The translations under genes and the position numbers were made by a program. Below the pieces are notes generated by a model, which saw only the letters and a program-made list of their open reading frames with translations, was not told the origin of the DNA and made no database searches. A stretch of DNA of 64,000 bases from contig VBKF01000140.1 in the NCBI GenBank assembly GCA_005888095.1, positions 4,602 through 68,601 on the forward strand, given 5' to 3'. This stretch comes from Deltaproteobacteria bacterium. Its GTDB lineage: Bacteria; Desulfobacterota; Binatia; DP-6. Shown one piece after another: positions 19,196 to 29,709 of this stretch (position 1 is the first letter of the stretch; each line of letters starts with the position of its first letter).

Positions 19196-22100
19196 TGCCG
19201 ACCGACGAGCAGCGCGGGACGCGCGGGCCGGCAGTCGTCGGCGAGCGGCTGCACGCGCTGCTCGAGCGGCGGGCGAGCGGCGCCGAGGCGGCGCCGCTCG
19301 AGACGTTCGCGCGGCTCCTCCTCCACCGCGCCCACGACTACGTCGACACGCTGGCCGACGAGGAGGTGGCGGCGCTCGTCGCCTCGGCGTTCCGCTTCTA
19401 CGCGGCGCCGGGCGAGGAGCTGCGCGCGCGCGCGATCGCGCCGACCTACGTGACCGAGGGCTGGGACGCGTCCGTCTCGGTGGTCGAGACGGTCATGCCC
19501 GACCGTCCGTTCATCGTCGACACCATCCAGGCTGCGCTCGAGGCCGAGGGTGTGGAGCGGCGGGCCTTGCTCCACCCGATCCTGGCCGCGGAGCGCGACC
19601 TGACGGGGCGGCTCATCTCGCTCGCTCCGCCGAACGGCGGCGCGCGGCGCGAGTCGTTCGTGCACGTCGCCGTCCCGCGCATGACCGACGTCGCCGCCCT
19701 CGCCGGGCTGGAGCAGCTGATCCGCGACCGCCTCGGCGACGTGCGGCTCGTGACCGACGACTTCCGGGCCATGCTCGCGCGTGCCCAGGAGGCCGCCGCC
19801 GAGCTCGACGGGCTCGCGCGGAGCGGTGCCGGCGCGGGCGCGGACGCGAGCGCCGCGGCCGACTTCCTCCACTGGCTGGTCGACGGCAGCTTCGTGTTCC
19901 TCGGCTACCGCGAGTACCAGGTCATGACCCTCGGCGGCACGCGGGTCCTGCTGGTCCGCTCCGGCTCCGGGCTCGGCCTCTTGCGCCGCGAGAGCCGCTC
20001 GGCGTTCTCCCGCCCGCGCCCGCTGGCCGAGCTGCCTGAGGCCGTCCGCGTGCGGCTCCTCGGCGACCGGCTGCTGACCATCACCAAGACGATCGCCGAG
20101 TCGCCCGTCCACCGCCGCGCTCGCATGGACGACGTCGGCATCCGCCAGCTCGACGCCACCGGCCACGTGATCGGCGAGCGCCGCTTCCTCGGCCTCTTCA
20201 CGTCGAAAGCGTACGCCGAGGAGGCGGCCGAGATCCCGCTGCTGAGACGGGTCCTGCGGCAGATCCTGGCCGCCGAGCAGGTGGTCCCCGGCAGCCACGA
20301 CTACAAGGAGATGGTCGCGATCTTCAACGTCCTCCCGAAGGACGACCTGTTCGCGGCGACGCCGGCCGAGATCCGCGCCGACATCGAGGCCGTCATGGCG
20401 GCCGGCCGGACGGGCGACGTCGTCGTCTCGCTGCGCCCGCGCCCGACCGGCTTCTCGACCCTCGTCGTGCTGCCGCGCGACCGGCTGTCGGGCGAGGCGC
20501 GCCAGCGGATCCTGGAGACGCTGGCCCGGCGCGCCGGCGGTCCCTGCCTCGGCGATCACCTCGTGCTGCTCGAGGACCGGGCGCTCCTCTCCTTCACCTT
20601 CGCCGGCGACGGCCCGGCCCCCACCGGGGCCGAGCTGGCAGACGTGCAGGAGGCCGTGCGCGACCTCGTCCGGGGCTGGCGGGAGCGGCTCGAGGACGAG
20701 CTGCGCGCGCGGCACGGCGCCGCCGAGGCGGCACGGCTCGCCGCGCGCTACCGCGCCGCCTTCCCCGACGAGTATCGGGCGTCGACGCCGCCGGCGCGCG
20801 CCGCGGTCGACGTCGCGCTCCTCGAGGCCGCGCTCGGCGAGGGCGCGATGCGCGTCGCGCTCGGCGACGACCGCGCGCTTCCCGACACGAGCGCGCTTCG
20901 CCTCTACGTGCCGGGCGAGCCACTCGTCCTCTCCGAGTTCGTGCCGGTGCTCGAGAACCTCGGGCTCCGCGCGCTCGCCGAGGATCAGGTGGTGCTGACG
21001 CCGCACGGGGCGCCGCGTCTCTTCGTGCAGACGTTCTTCGTGCAGGACCGGCAGGGGCGGCGGCTCGACGCCGCGGCCGGTCCGCGCCTGGTCGACGCGC
21101 TCCTCGCGGTGCGGGCCGGCAGGGCGGCGAGCGACGCCCTCGGCCGCCTGGTCCTGGAGGCGGGGCTCGACTGGCGGGCGGTCGACTGTCTCCGCGCCTA
21201 CGCGGGGCATGCCGCGCAGGGCGGCGTGGGTCCGCGCGGGCTGGTGATCGACGCGCTCGCCCGCCATCCCGAGGCTGCGGCCTCCCTCTTCGAGTGCTTC
21301 GCGGCGCGCTTCTCGGGGCGGGCCGACACGGCGCCGCTCCGCCAGCGTTTCCTCGAGAGCCTCGACACGGTGGAGAGCCTGCGCGACGACGTCACGCTGC
21401 GGGCGCTCTGCGACACGGTCGAGGCGACCGTGCGGAGCAACTACTTCGCCACGCCCGTGGCCGAGACGCTCGCCTTCAAGATCCGCTCCTCCGGCCTCGC
21501 TCACCTGCCGCGTCCGCGCCCGCTGTACGAGATCTACGTCCACGGCCCGGCGGTGGAGGGCATTCACCTGCGCGCCGGCCTCGTGGCCCGGGGCGGCATC
21601 CGTCACAGCGACCGCCCGGAGGACTTCCGCACGGAGGTCCTCGGCCTCATGAAGACGCAGACCGTGAAGAACGCGGTCATCGTACCGGTCGGGGCCAAGG
21701 GCGGCTTCGTCGTGCGGCGCGGGACGCCCGCCGACGCCTACCGGACCTTCGTCGGCGCGCTGCTCGACTTGACGGACAACGTGGTCGCCGGCCGGGTCGT
21801 CCCGCCGCGCGGCCTCGTCGTGCACGATGACGAGGATCCCTATCTGGTGGTCGCCGCCGACAAGGGGACGGCGAGCTTCTCCGATCTGGCCAATGCCATC
21901 GCGCAGGCCCGCGGCTTCTGGCTGGGCGACGCCTTCGCCTCGGGCGGCTCGCACGGCTACGACCACAAGGCGCTCGGCGTGACCGCGCGCGGCGCGTGGG
22001 AGTGCGTGCGAGCGCATTTCCGGGAGCTCGGCGTCGACGCCGACACGGCGCCGCTCTCGGTGGCCGGCATCGGCGACATGAGCGGCGACGTCTTCGGCAA

Positions 22101-23916
22101 CGGGCTCCTCCGCTCCTCGCACCTCCGCCTCCAGGCGGCCTTCAACCACCGTCACGTCTTCCTCGACCCCGATCCCGACCCGACGGCGAGCTTCGCCGAG
22201 CGGGAGCGGCTCTACCGCGCCGGCCTCGGCTGGGACGCGTACGACCCGGCCGCGCTCTCGCCGGGCGGCGCCGTCGTGGCGCGGACGGCCAAGCGCGTCG
22301 TGCTCTCGCCCGAGGCGCAGCGTCTCCTCGGCCTCGCGAGCCCGGAGGCGAGCGGCGAGCGGCTGGTCCAGGCCGTCCTCACGCTCGACGCCGACCTCCT
22401 CTTCAACGGCGGCATCGGCACCTACGTCAAGGCGGCGGCGGAGACGCACGCCGAGGTCGGCGACCCGGCGAACGACGCGGTCCGGGTGAACGCCGAGGCG
22501 CTGCGCGGGCGCGTCGTGGCCGAAGGCGGGAACCTCGGCTTCACGCAGCGGGCGCGGATCGCCTTCGCGCTCGCCGGCGGCCGCATCAACACCGACGCCA
22601 TCGACAACTCGGCCGGCGTCGACCTCTCGGACCACGAGGTGAACCTCAAGATCTGCCTCCGGCCCGTGGTCGAGGCGGGGGAGCTCGCTCCCGACGCCCG
22701 CCACGCGCTCCTCCAGGCGGTGACGGACGACGTCGTCGAGCGCGTGCTCGCCCACAACCGCCGGCAGAGCCGGCTGCTCGACCTGGACCAGCTCCGGAGC
22801 CGGAGCCGGCTCGCCGACTTTCGCGACCTGATCGCCGAGCTCGAGCGGACCGCGGGCCTCGACCGCGCGCTCGAGGCGCTGCCCGACCGCGAGGCGCTGC
22901 GCGCCCGGCGCGGCACCTTCCTCGGGCTCACGCGTCCGGAGCTGGCCGTGCTCACCGCGTACGCGAAGATCCATCTCCAGCGAGAGATGCTCGCCTCACC
23001 CCTGCCCGACGACCCGCTCGTGGAGTCGTACCTGCTCGCCTACTTCCCGGCCGACGTCGTCGCTCGCTACCCGGCGGCCGTGCGGGCCCATCGCCTGCGC
23101 CGCGAGATCATCGCCGCCGAGGTGGCGAACGCGCTCGTCGACCACATGGGCGTGACCTTCGTCTCCCGCATCGTCCACGACACCGGGGCCGCCGTGGTCG
23201 GCGTGCTGCGCGCGTGGGCCGTCGGCTGGCGGCTCGGGGGCGGCGACGCGCTCGCCGCGGCGATCGCCGCGAGCGCCGCCGCGGTCGACGTCGAGAGCGC
23301 CTGCCGGCTGGCCCTCGAGGCGAGCGCCGAGCGGGTCACCAAGTGGGTCCTCGCCAACACCGATGCCGAGCGCCCGGCGGCCGGCATGGTGGCCGACCTC
23401 GGCCCGGCGGTCGCGGCCATCCGTGGCCGTCTACCCGACTGGGTGACGGGCGCCGAGGCGGAGACCTTCCACAAGCGCGTCTCGGAGCTGACGATCGCCG
23501 GGCTGCCCCCCGAGCTCGCGCGCGACCTCGCGACGGCCGAGTGGCTCGTCGGCCCGCTCGACGTGGTGACCGTCGCGCGACGGACGCGTACCGAGCCCGA
23601 CGCGGCAGGCGCCGCCTACTACGCGCTCGGCCAGCACGTCGACTTCGGCTGGGTGTTCGCGCGGCTCGCCGAGACCGCCGCCGACGACCGCTGGCAGCGG
23701 CGCGCGGCGGAGGGCCTCGTCGAGGACCTGCTCCGCGCCCGCCGGCGCCTCGCGTGCCGGCGCCTCGAGGAGCCGCCCGGTGCGCTGCCGGAGCGGGCGC
23801 TCGGCGCCGTCCAGGCGCTCATCCGCGATCTCCGCGCCGCGCCACGCGTCTCGCTGGCGGCGCTCCAGGTGGTGGTGCGGGAGATCCGGCGGCTGGCCGA
23901 GGAGGGAGGAGACTGA
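19195..23916 (+). CDS. gdhB: Large NAD-specific glutamate dehydrogenase
   Basis: RGGIRHSDR.EDFRTEVLGL, KNAVIVPVGAKGGF, VVAADKGTA, GIGDMSGDVFGNG, DNSAGVD.SDHEVNLKI. Confidence 0.96.
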   Translation: MPTDEQRGTRGPAVVGERLHALLERRASGAEAAPLETFARLLLHRAHDYVDTLADEEVAALVASAFRFYAAPGEELRARAIAPTYVTEGWDASVSVVETVMPDRPFIVDTIQAALEAEGVERRALLHPILAAERDLTGRLISLAPPNGGARRESFVHVAVPRMTDVAALAGLEQLIRDRLGDVRLVTDDFRAMLARAQEAAAELDGLARSGAGAGADASAAADFLHWLVDGSFVFLGYREYQVMTLGGTRVLLVRSGSGLGLLRRESRSAFSRPRPLAELPEAVRVRLLGDRLLTITKTIAESPVHRRARMDDVGIRQLDATGHVIGERRFLGLFTSKAYAEEAAEIPLLRRVLRQILAAEQVVPGSHDYKEMVAIFNVLPKDDLFAATPAEIRADIEAVMAAGRTGDVVVSLRPRPTGFSTLVVLPRDRLSGEARQRILETLARRAGGPCLGDHLVLLEDRALLSFTFAGDGPAPTGAELADVQEAVRDLVRGWRERLEDELRARHGAAEAARLAARYRAAFPDEYRASTPPARAAVDVALLEAALGEGAMRVALGDDRALPDTSALRLYVPGEPLVLSEFVPVLENLGLRALAEDQVVLTPHGAPRLFVQTFFVQDRQGRRLDAAAGPRLVDALLAVRAGRAASDALGRLVLEAGLDWRAVDCLRAYAGHAAQGGVGPRGLVIDALARHPEAAASLFECFAARFSGRADTAPLRQRFLESLDTVESLRDDVTLRALCDTVEATVRSNYFATPVAETLAFKIRSSGLAHLPRPRPLYEIYVHGPAVEGIHLRAGLVARGGIRHSDRPEDFRTEVLGLMKTQTVKNAVIVPVGAKGGFVVRRGTPADAYRTFVGALLDLTDNVVAGRVVPPRGLVVHDDEDPYLVVAADKGTASFSDLANAIAQARGFWLGDAFASGGSHGYDHKALGVTARGAWECVRAHFRELGVDADTAPLSVAGIGDMSGDVFGNGLLRSSHLRLQAAFNHRHVFLDPDPDPTASFAERERLYRAGLGWDAYDPAALSPGGAVVARTAKRVVLSPEAQRLLGLASPEASGERLVQAVLTLDADLLFNGGIGTYVKAAAETHAEVGDPANDAVRVNAEALRGRVVAEGGNLGFTQRARIAFALAGGRINTDAIDNSAGVDLSDHEVNLKICLRPVVEAGELAPDARHALLQAVTDDVVERVLAHNRRQSRLLDLDQLRSRSRLADFRDLIAELERTAGLDRALEALPDREALRARRGTFLGLTRPELAVLTAYAKIHLQREMLASPLPDDPLVESYLLAYFPADVVARYPAAVRAHRLRREIIAAEVANALVDHMGVTFVSRIVHDTGAAVVGVLRAWAVGWRLGGGDALAAAIAASAAAVDVESACRLALEASAERVTKWVLANTDAERPAAGMVADLGPAVAAIRGRLPDWVTGAEAETFHKRVSELTIAGLPPELARDLATAEWLVGPLDVVTVARRTRTEPDAAGAAYYALGQHVDFGWVFARLAETAADDRWQRRAAEGLVEDLLRARRRLACRRLEEPPGALPERALGAVQALIRDLRAAPRVSLAALQVVVREIRRLAEEGGD

Positions 23917-24224
23917 TGGCGGTCGTGCGGGTGCTGTTCGCGTTGCTGCTCGGCTTCATCCTGGGCGTCGGGGCGACGGTCTGGGTCCTCCAGTCGGGTG
24001 CCGGCGTCGCATTCCTGCGCGCCACCGAGCCGGTCCAGGACCTGGAGCGGCGGCTGCGCGACATGGAGCAGCAGCGCGATCAGCTCGCGCGGCAGCTCGA
24101 GGACGTCGTGGCGCGCGCGGGCCGCATGGAGAGCTCGTTCACCGAGCTCGAGCGGCGCTTCCACGACCTCCAGCGCGAGCTCGACGAGCGGCGTCGGCCG
24201 GCGGGGGCGGGAGCGCCGCCGTGA
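23916..24224 (+). CDS. Membrane-anchored coiled-coil protein
   Basis: N-terminal TM helix then a heptad-rich region; GGAGG RBS; TGATG coupling. Confidence 0.75.
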   Translation: MAVVRVLFALLLGFILGVGATVWVLQSGAGVAFLRATEPVQDLERRLRDMEQQRDQLARQLEDVVARAGRMESSFTELERRFHDLQRELDERRRPAGAGAPP

Positions 24225-24227
24225 CCG

Positions 24228-24527
24228 CTACCAGCGCGGGCCGGCGGCACCGAGCGCCGCGAGCTTGAGGACGAGGCAGATGGCGAGCGCGCCGACGATG
24301 CTCGGCAGGACCGGGTGGCCGAGGATGGCCGGGCCGGGGGACCAGCCGCCGAGCGCCCACAGCCAGCCCCCGGCGTAGAGACCTGCCAACCCCGCGAGCA
24401 GGGACACGCCGCGCACGTTCACGCCGGGACGCAGGATCCGCTCGGCCGCCGCCCCCGCTGCAGCGGAGACCAGGAGCAGCTGCGCCAGGCGGGAGGCCTC
24501 GCCGAGCAGTTCCGGGTCCGGCCGCAT
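24228..24527 (-). CDS. Small membrane protein
   Basis: 99 aa with three Gly-rich hydrophobic helices; ATG at 24527 just downstream of a sigma54 motif. Confidence 0.65.
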   Translation of the reverse strand: MRPDPELLGEASRLAQLLLVSAAAGAAAERILRPGVNVRGVSLLAGLAGLYAGGWLWALGGWSPGPAILGHPVLPSIVGALAICLVLKLAALGAAGPRW

Positions 24528-24540
24528 TAGTGATAGGGAG

Positions 24541-24556
24541 AGCAAGGGATATGCCA
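24541..24556 (-). promoter_or_regulatory. sigma54 (-24/-12) promoter
   Basis: Minus strand TGGCAT-ATCCC-TTGCT. Confidence 0.7.
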
Positions 24557-24654
24557 GCACGATGCCTCTTGGCGTCCCGCGGGGACCGGACCAGGGCCGG
24601 CGCGGACGTGACACCACGTTCACGGCTGTGCGGGCGGGAAGGAGTCGGACGTTG

Positions 24655-25389
24655 GTGCGGGTGACGGTGCTCGGCTCGGGCGACGCCTTCGGGTCGGGCG
24701 GGCGCCTGCACAGCGCCTACCTGGTGGAGAGCGCCGGCGCGACGTTCCTGCTCGATTGCGGTCCGACGATCCTTCAATCTTTGAAATCCGCCGGTCACGA
24801 CACCGGCCGCATCGACTTCGTGCTCGTGTCGCATCTGCACGGCGACCACTTCGGAGGCGTCCCGTTCCTCTTCATGGAGTACATCTACGAGCGGCCGCGC
24901 ACGCGTCCGCTCGGCGTCCACGGGCCGCCCGGGACCGAACGCCGCGTCCGCGCCCTGTTCGCCGCCCTCTACGAGAAGAACGCCCAGATGCCGACACCCT
25001 TTGCCGTGCGTTTCGAGGAGCTGGAACCGGGGACGACGCGCGACCTGGGCGGTGTCCAGGTGAGCGCCTTTCGCGTGCCGCACACGCCGGAGCTCGTCGC
25101 GCTCGGCTACCGGATCGAGGCCGGGGGCCGGTCCATCCTCTACTCGGGCGACTCGGCCTGGACGGAGGAGTTCATCGTGCAGTCCCGCGGCGCCGACCTG
25201 TTCATCTGCGAGTGCTCCACCTACGAGACGCGGCTCGACATCCACGTCTCGTATCCCGAGATCGCGGCCCGTGCACGCGAGCTCGGGTGCAAGCGACTCC
25301 TCCTCTCGCACCTCGGCGCGGAGCCGCTGCGACACCTGCCGGACATCACCCTCGAGTGTGCCCGGGACGGGATGACCGTCGAGCTCTGA
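24655..25389 (+). CDS. MBL-fold metallohydrolase (RNase Z-like)
   Basis: VLGSGDAF, LLDCG, SHLHGDH, YSGDS, LSHL; AGGAG RBS; start 24652 or 24655. Confidence 0.9.
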   Translation: MRVTVLGSGDAFGSGGRLHSAYLVESAGATFLLDCGPTILQSLKSAGHDTGRIDFVLVSHLHGDHFGGVPFLFMEYIYERPRTRPLGVHGPPGTERRVRALFAALYEKNAQMPTPFAVRFEELEPGTTRDLGGVQVSAFRVPHTPELVALGYRIEAGGRSILYSGDSAWTEEFIVQSRGADLFICECSTYETRLDIHVSYPEIAARARELGCKRLLLSHLGAEPLRHLPDITLECARDGMTVEL

Positions 25390-26512
25390 GCGCCTCCGCG
25401 GGTGTGAGGACGAGCGCTCCCTCGCGCTCGGGCTCGGGGGAAGCGAAGAGGCCCTCGACGCCGGCGCCGACGAGCGCGGCGACGAACGGCACCTCGTGCG
25501 CGCGCGCCGGCGCCTCGCGCACGGCGGCCGCCACGGCGAGCGCGAGGCGCGCCGCGGCGGGCCGCCTCGTCTCCGCCAGCACGTAGGCGGTGCCCGCGAG
25601 CCGCCGCGCCAGCGTGGCGGGCGGGTAGAGGGCCGCGGCGGCGCGCGCCAGGACCTCGCGCAGGCGCTCTTGCTGCTGGAGCGGCGTCAGCACGATCGGG
25701 CTCTGCCGGATGGCGTCGACCTCCTCCACGTACGGCGCCGCCGCCTCGGGGGCGGGACCCCAGGCGCGGAACTCCGGTTCCTTGATGAGCTGGATCGAGT
25801 CGGCGGCCAGGGCGGCCGCCTCCTCGGCGCCGCCGGGCGGCTGCGCGTGCGACGAGACGGGCTCGGCCGGCGGTGCCGGTGGTTCGGTGGTCAGTCGCGG
25901 CCGCACGCGCAGGTAATCGTGCCCCGGCTCCGCGGTCCCGGCGCGCTCCTGTGCTTCGACGAGCAGCGCGTCGAGGACGCGCCAGCTTGCCGCCACCAGC
26001 CGGAGCCCTTCCGACTCGATCCGCTGGCGGGTGGTGCGGAGCTGCTTGCGGCCGACGTCGACGACCTGGAGATCGCGGAGTCCCGCCGGCTCGTTCACCT
26101 GCGCGGCGACGAGCAGCGTGCCGGTCGCGAGCGGACGCATGAGCCACAGGATGCGATCGCCACGCCCGTCGACGGCCGACACCAGGCCCTCGAGCTCGAC
26201 GGCGGCCGGGCGCGACTGCTCGGGCTCGGGAGGCGCCGCGGGCCGTGGCACGCCGCGCTGGGCGAGGCGGTAGAGCGCCCGCCGGATCGCCTTGCGCACG
26301 GCCTTCTCCGGCGCGCGCGCCTCGAGCCGCACGAGCAGCGCGGCGACCTCCGGGCTCGGCAGGTCGCCGAGGGCGTCGGCGAGGGCGCCGCCATCCGGGC
26401 CGGCGAGCAGCGCGAGCACGCGATCCTCGGTCGCATGACCGGCGACCAGCTCCGCGGCATCGAGCCCGAGGCGGGCGAGCGTCTCCGTGCCGGGGACGCG
26501 CCGCTCCGTCAA
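25346..26512 (-). CDS. Hypothetical protein
   Basis: High GC3 coding pattern from a TTG overlapping the M23 gene stop; helical N-terminus (KAIRRALYRLAQRG). Confidence 0.75.
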   Translation of the reverse strand: MTERRVPGTETLARLGLDAAELVAGHATEDRVLALLAGPDGGALADALGDLPSPEVAALLVRLEARAPEKAVRKAIRRALYRLAQRGVPRPAAPPEPEQSRPAAVELEGLVSAVDGRGDRILWLMRPLATGTLLVAAQVNEPAGLRDLQVVDVGRKQLRTTRQRIESEGLRLVAASWRVLDALLVEAQERAGTAEPGHDYLRVRPRLTTEPPAPPAEPVSSHAQPPGGAEEAAALAADSIQLIKEPEFRAWGPAPEAAAPYVEEVDAIRQSPIVLTPLQQQERLREVLARAAAALYPPATLARRLAGTAYVLAETRRPAAARLALAVAAAVREAPARAHEVPFVAALVGAGVEGLFASPEPEREGALVLTPAEALRARRSSRPGHTRG

Positions 26513-27861
26513 TGAGCGGCCCCCGCGCGCGGGAAGGCGGCCAGCCGCGTCTCGACGTGGTCGTGGATCCAGTGGGCGTCCCACCACTCGACCGGGTCGA
26601 CGTGGACGCCGTGGATCATGACGCTGAAGTGGAGATGATCGCCGCCGGCGAGGCCGGTATCGCCGGTCTTGCCGAGGACGTCGCCGCGGTGGAGGGTCGT
26701 CCCGGCGGTGACCTTCACCTCGCTCAGGTGCCCGTACAGGGAGAAGAGGCCGAGGCCGTGGTCCAGGATGACGGCGTTGCCGTAGATGCCGAGCGGCCCC
26801 GCGAAGACGACGCGTCCCGTGTTGCCGGCGGGCACGGGGCTGCCGCGCAGGGAGGCGAGGTCGAAGCCGAGGTGCGTCTGATGGTCGATCGCCTGGCCGC
26901 GGTACACGTAGGTCCGGCGGTCGGCGAAGCCGGAGAGCGGCGCCGAGTCGGGCAGGCGCAGGAAGGCGCCCTCCCAGAGCGGCTCGGCCGCGCTCTCGCG
27001 GCAGAGCTCGCGCACCCGCTTCTCGGTGGCGAGGCGGAGCTCGCGGTTGATGCGCAGGTACCCCGCCACGAGGTCGCCGTCGCTCGGGAGCCCGTTGGCC
27101 TCGAGCAGCTCGGGGACCTTGCGGGCGAGGAAGTCCTCGCTCAGCTCGAGCGTCTTCTCGGCGAAGCGCCGCGGCCGCACGACGGCGTCGAGGCGGACGG
27201 CGCGCCGGTTGCCGGCCTGGTCGGCCGCGACCACGGTCGGCACGGCTCCCGACGGCGCGTCCGGCGGCACGGCGAAGAGCGTGGCGCGGAGCGCCCGGTC
27301 GGCGAAGAGCCCCGGCGCGCCCGGGAAGTTCACCTCGCCCACCGCGACGCCGGTCTCGACGGCGTCGGTGCCGACGCGGTAGACGGCGCACTCCGAGCCC
27401 CCGAGACGCACGACGTGCTGCTGCGAGAGCACCTCGAGCGTCGGTGGCGTCAAGTCGACGGTCACGGGGCGGGTGAGCCGCGGCGCGCGACGCAGCGCGC
27501 TCAGCCACGAGTGGTCGGTGGCGACGACCTCGAGGCGGCCCGGGCCCTCGGCCAGGTGCGCCGCCGCGGCGTCGACGGTCGGCGTCAGCCGGACCTCGTG
27601 GACGCCGCTGCCGAGCCAGGAGCGGCGCGGGAAGTCCTCGCTCGCGACCACCGCCGGCGCGCCTCCGGCCCCGCCCGCGAGTCGCACCTCGACGTGCGCG
27701 AGGCCGGTGCCCCGGTCGCGCGCGATCACCACGAGCGGTGTCGCCCGGCCGACCACGTCGACCGGCGTCTCGAGCGCGACCGTCGGCGCCAGCGGCTCGG
27801 CGCGCGTCACGAGCAGCGCGATCGCGATGGCGAGCAGCGTGATGAAAAGGAACCGTCGCAT
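26509..27861 (-). CDS. M23 family metallopeptidase
   Basis: N-terminal TM/signal; HLGFD, YGNAVILDHG, YGHLS, HLHF. Confidence 0.92.
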   Translation of the reverse strand: MRRFLFITLLAIAIALLVTRAEPLAPTVALETPVDVVGRATPLVVIARDRGTGLAHVEVRLAGGAGGAPAVVASEDFPRRSWLGSGVHEVRLTPTVDAAAAHLAEGPGRLEVVATDHSWLSALRRAPRLTRPVTVDLTPPTLEVLSQQHVVRLGGSECAVYRVGTDAVETGVAVGEVNFPGAPGLFADRALRATLFAVPPDAPSGAVPTVVAADQAGNRRAVRLDAVVRPRRFAEKTLELSEDFLARKVPELLEANGLPSDGDLVAGYLRINRELRLATEKRVRELCRESAAEPLWEGAFLRLPDSAPLSGFADRRTYVYRGQAIDHQTHLGFDLASLRGSPVPAGNTGRVVFAGPLGIYGNAVILDHGLGLFSLYGHLSEVKVTAGTTLHRGDVLGKTGDTGLAGGDHLHFSVMIHGVHVDPVEWWDAHWIHDHVETRLAAFPRAGAAH

Positions 27862-28436
27862 CAGCCGAGCGTCCGCACCACGGCGAGCAGGTTTCGCGTG
27901 ATGCGGTGGGTGGCACCCCAGATGATGTGCTCGCCGACCGGATAGCAGTCGATCGGCACCTGCCGGCCCTCGAAGTCCCAGAGCTCGCGCCGCTCGGCGC
28001 CGGGTGCGTCCAGGAGGCGGAGCGGCACGGTGAAGACGGCCTCGACCTCGTCCCGGCAGAGCGTCCATCGGTAGGGGTGAGGGACGAGGCCGACGAACGG
28101 CGTGATCACGAACTCGGTCGCCATGGTCTCGATGTCGTCGAGCGGACCGAGCAGGCGAACGTCGGCGGGGTCGAGCCCGATCTCCTCGCGCGCCTCGCGC
28201 AGCGCCGTCGCCACCAGGTCGGCGTCGTCGGGATGGCAGCGGCCGCCCGGGAACGCGACCTGCCCCTGATGCTGGCGCAGCAGGCGGGAGCGGCGGGTGA
28301 AGAGGAGGTGCGGCTCCCCGTCGACGGGGAGGAGCGGGACCAGCACGGCGGCCGGCGTCTTCCCCGGCCGCACGAGCACGGCGCGCTCGCGCGCGGCGAG
28401 GGCCGGCGCGAGTGCCTCCGCGAGGCGTTCGGTCAT
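27861..28436 (-). CDS. Nudix CoA pyrophosphatase
   Basis: AAVLVPL, HQGQVAFPGG, ALREAREEIG, IWGAT. Confidence 0.92.
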   Translation of the reverse strand: MTERLAEALAPALAARERAVLVRPGKTPAAVLVPLLPVDGEPHLLFTRRSRLLRQHQGQVAFPGGRCHPDDADLVATALREAREEIGLDPADVRLLGPLDDIETMATEFVITPFVGLVPHPYRWTLCRDEVEAVFTVPLRLLDAPGAERRELWDFEGRQVPIDCYPVGEHIIWGATHRITRNLLAVVRTLG

Positions 28437-28479
28437 GCGTTGTCGGATGAGAGTAGCATCTGTGGTAGGAGTGAGGCCA

Positions 28480-29709
28480 ATGGGCGCCGGTCACGTGATC
28501 GTGCTGCGCTACCACGAGATCGCGCTCAAGGGGCGCAACCGGCCCTTCTTCGTGCGCCGGCTGGTGGACAACATCGTGCGCGCCACCGCCGGCCTGCCCG
28601 TCGGCGCGATCGCGCGCGCCTCGGCGCGCCTGCTGCTGCCGCTCGGGGACGTCACCGCCTGGCCGGAGGCGCGGGCGCGGCTCGCGCGCGTGTTCGGCCT
28701 CGCCAACCTCTCGCTCGCGCACGAGGTGGCCCTCGCCGGCGAGGCCGGCGCGGCCCTCGAGCGCCTCGGCGCGAGGATCGTCGAGCGGCTCGGCGGGGTG
28801 TCCGTGCCGAGCTTTCGCGTCCAGACCAAGCGGGCCGACAAGCGCTTCCCGTTCCCGTCGCCCGAGGTGAGCCGGCGGCTGGGGCACGTGATCCAGGCGG
28901 CCACCCGCTCGCGCGTCGACCTCGAGCACGCGGCGGTGACGGTGGCCGTCGACATCCTGCCCGGGCGCGCCTTCTTCTCGCTCGAGAAGGTGGCGGGCGC
29001 GGGCGGGCTGCCGGTCGGGACGAGCGGGCGGGTGCTGGCCCTCCTCTCGGGCGGCATCGACTCGCCCGTCGCCGCCTGGCGGATGATGCGGCGCGGGTGC
29101 GCCGTCGACTTCGTGCACTTCCACAGCGCGCCCTTCCACGATCGGACGAGCCAGGAGAAGGCGCGCCAGATCGCCGCCGAGCTCGTCCGCTGGGAGCTCG
29201 ACGCCGCGCTCCACCTGGTCGCCTTCGGCGAGGTTCAGCGCCAGATCGTCGCAGCGGTCGGGCGGCCGCTGCGCGTCGTCCTCTACCGGCGGATGATGCT
29301 CCGCATCGCCGAGGCGATCGGGCGGCCGGCAGGCGCCGAGGCGCTGGTGACGGGCGAGAGCCTCGGCCAGGTCGCGTCGCAGACGCTCCCCAATCTTGCG
29401 GTGATCGAGGCGGCGGTGCCGCTGCCGGTCCTCCGCCCGCTGATCGGCATGGACAAGGGCGAGATCTCCGCCGAGGCCGCGCGGCTCGGCACGTTCGAGA
29501 CCTCGGTCATCCCCGACCAGGACTGCTGCCAGCTCTTCGTGCCGCCACACCCGGCCACGCGGGCGCATCCCGAAGACGTGGCGGCGGCGGAGTCGCGGCT
29601 CGACGTCCCGGCGCTCGTCGCGCTCGGCGTGGCGGGCACCGAGCGCGTGCGGCTGTGCTGGCCCGCGGAACCGGCGGAGCCGCCGGCGCGCTCAGTCGTC
29701 GGCCGCTAG
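28480..29709 (+). CDS. thiI: tRNA 4-thiouridine synthase (THUMP + PP-loop, no rhodanese domain)
   Basis: EIALKGRNR, GGLPVGTSG, SGGIDS, GESLGQVASQTL, DCC. Confidence 0.95.
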   Translation: MGAGHVIVLRYHEIALKGRNRPFFVRRLVDNIVRATAGLPVGAIARASARLLLPLGDVTAWPEARARLARVFGLANLSLAHEVALAGEAGAALERLGARIVERLGGVSVPSFRVQTKRADKRFPFPSPEVSRRLGHVIQAATRSRVDLEHAAVTVAVDILPGRAFFSLEKVAGAGGLPVGTSGRVLALLSGGIDSPVAAWRMMRRGCAVDFVHFHSAPFHDRTSQEKARQIAAELVRWELDAALHLVAFGEVQRQIVAAVGRPLRVVLYRRMMLRIAEAIGRPAGAEALVTGESLGQVASQTLPNLAVIEAAVPLPVLRPLIGMDKGEISAEAARLGTFETSVIPDQDCCQLFVPPHPATRAHPEDVAAAESRLDVPALVALGVAGTERVRLCWPAEPAEPPARSVVGR

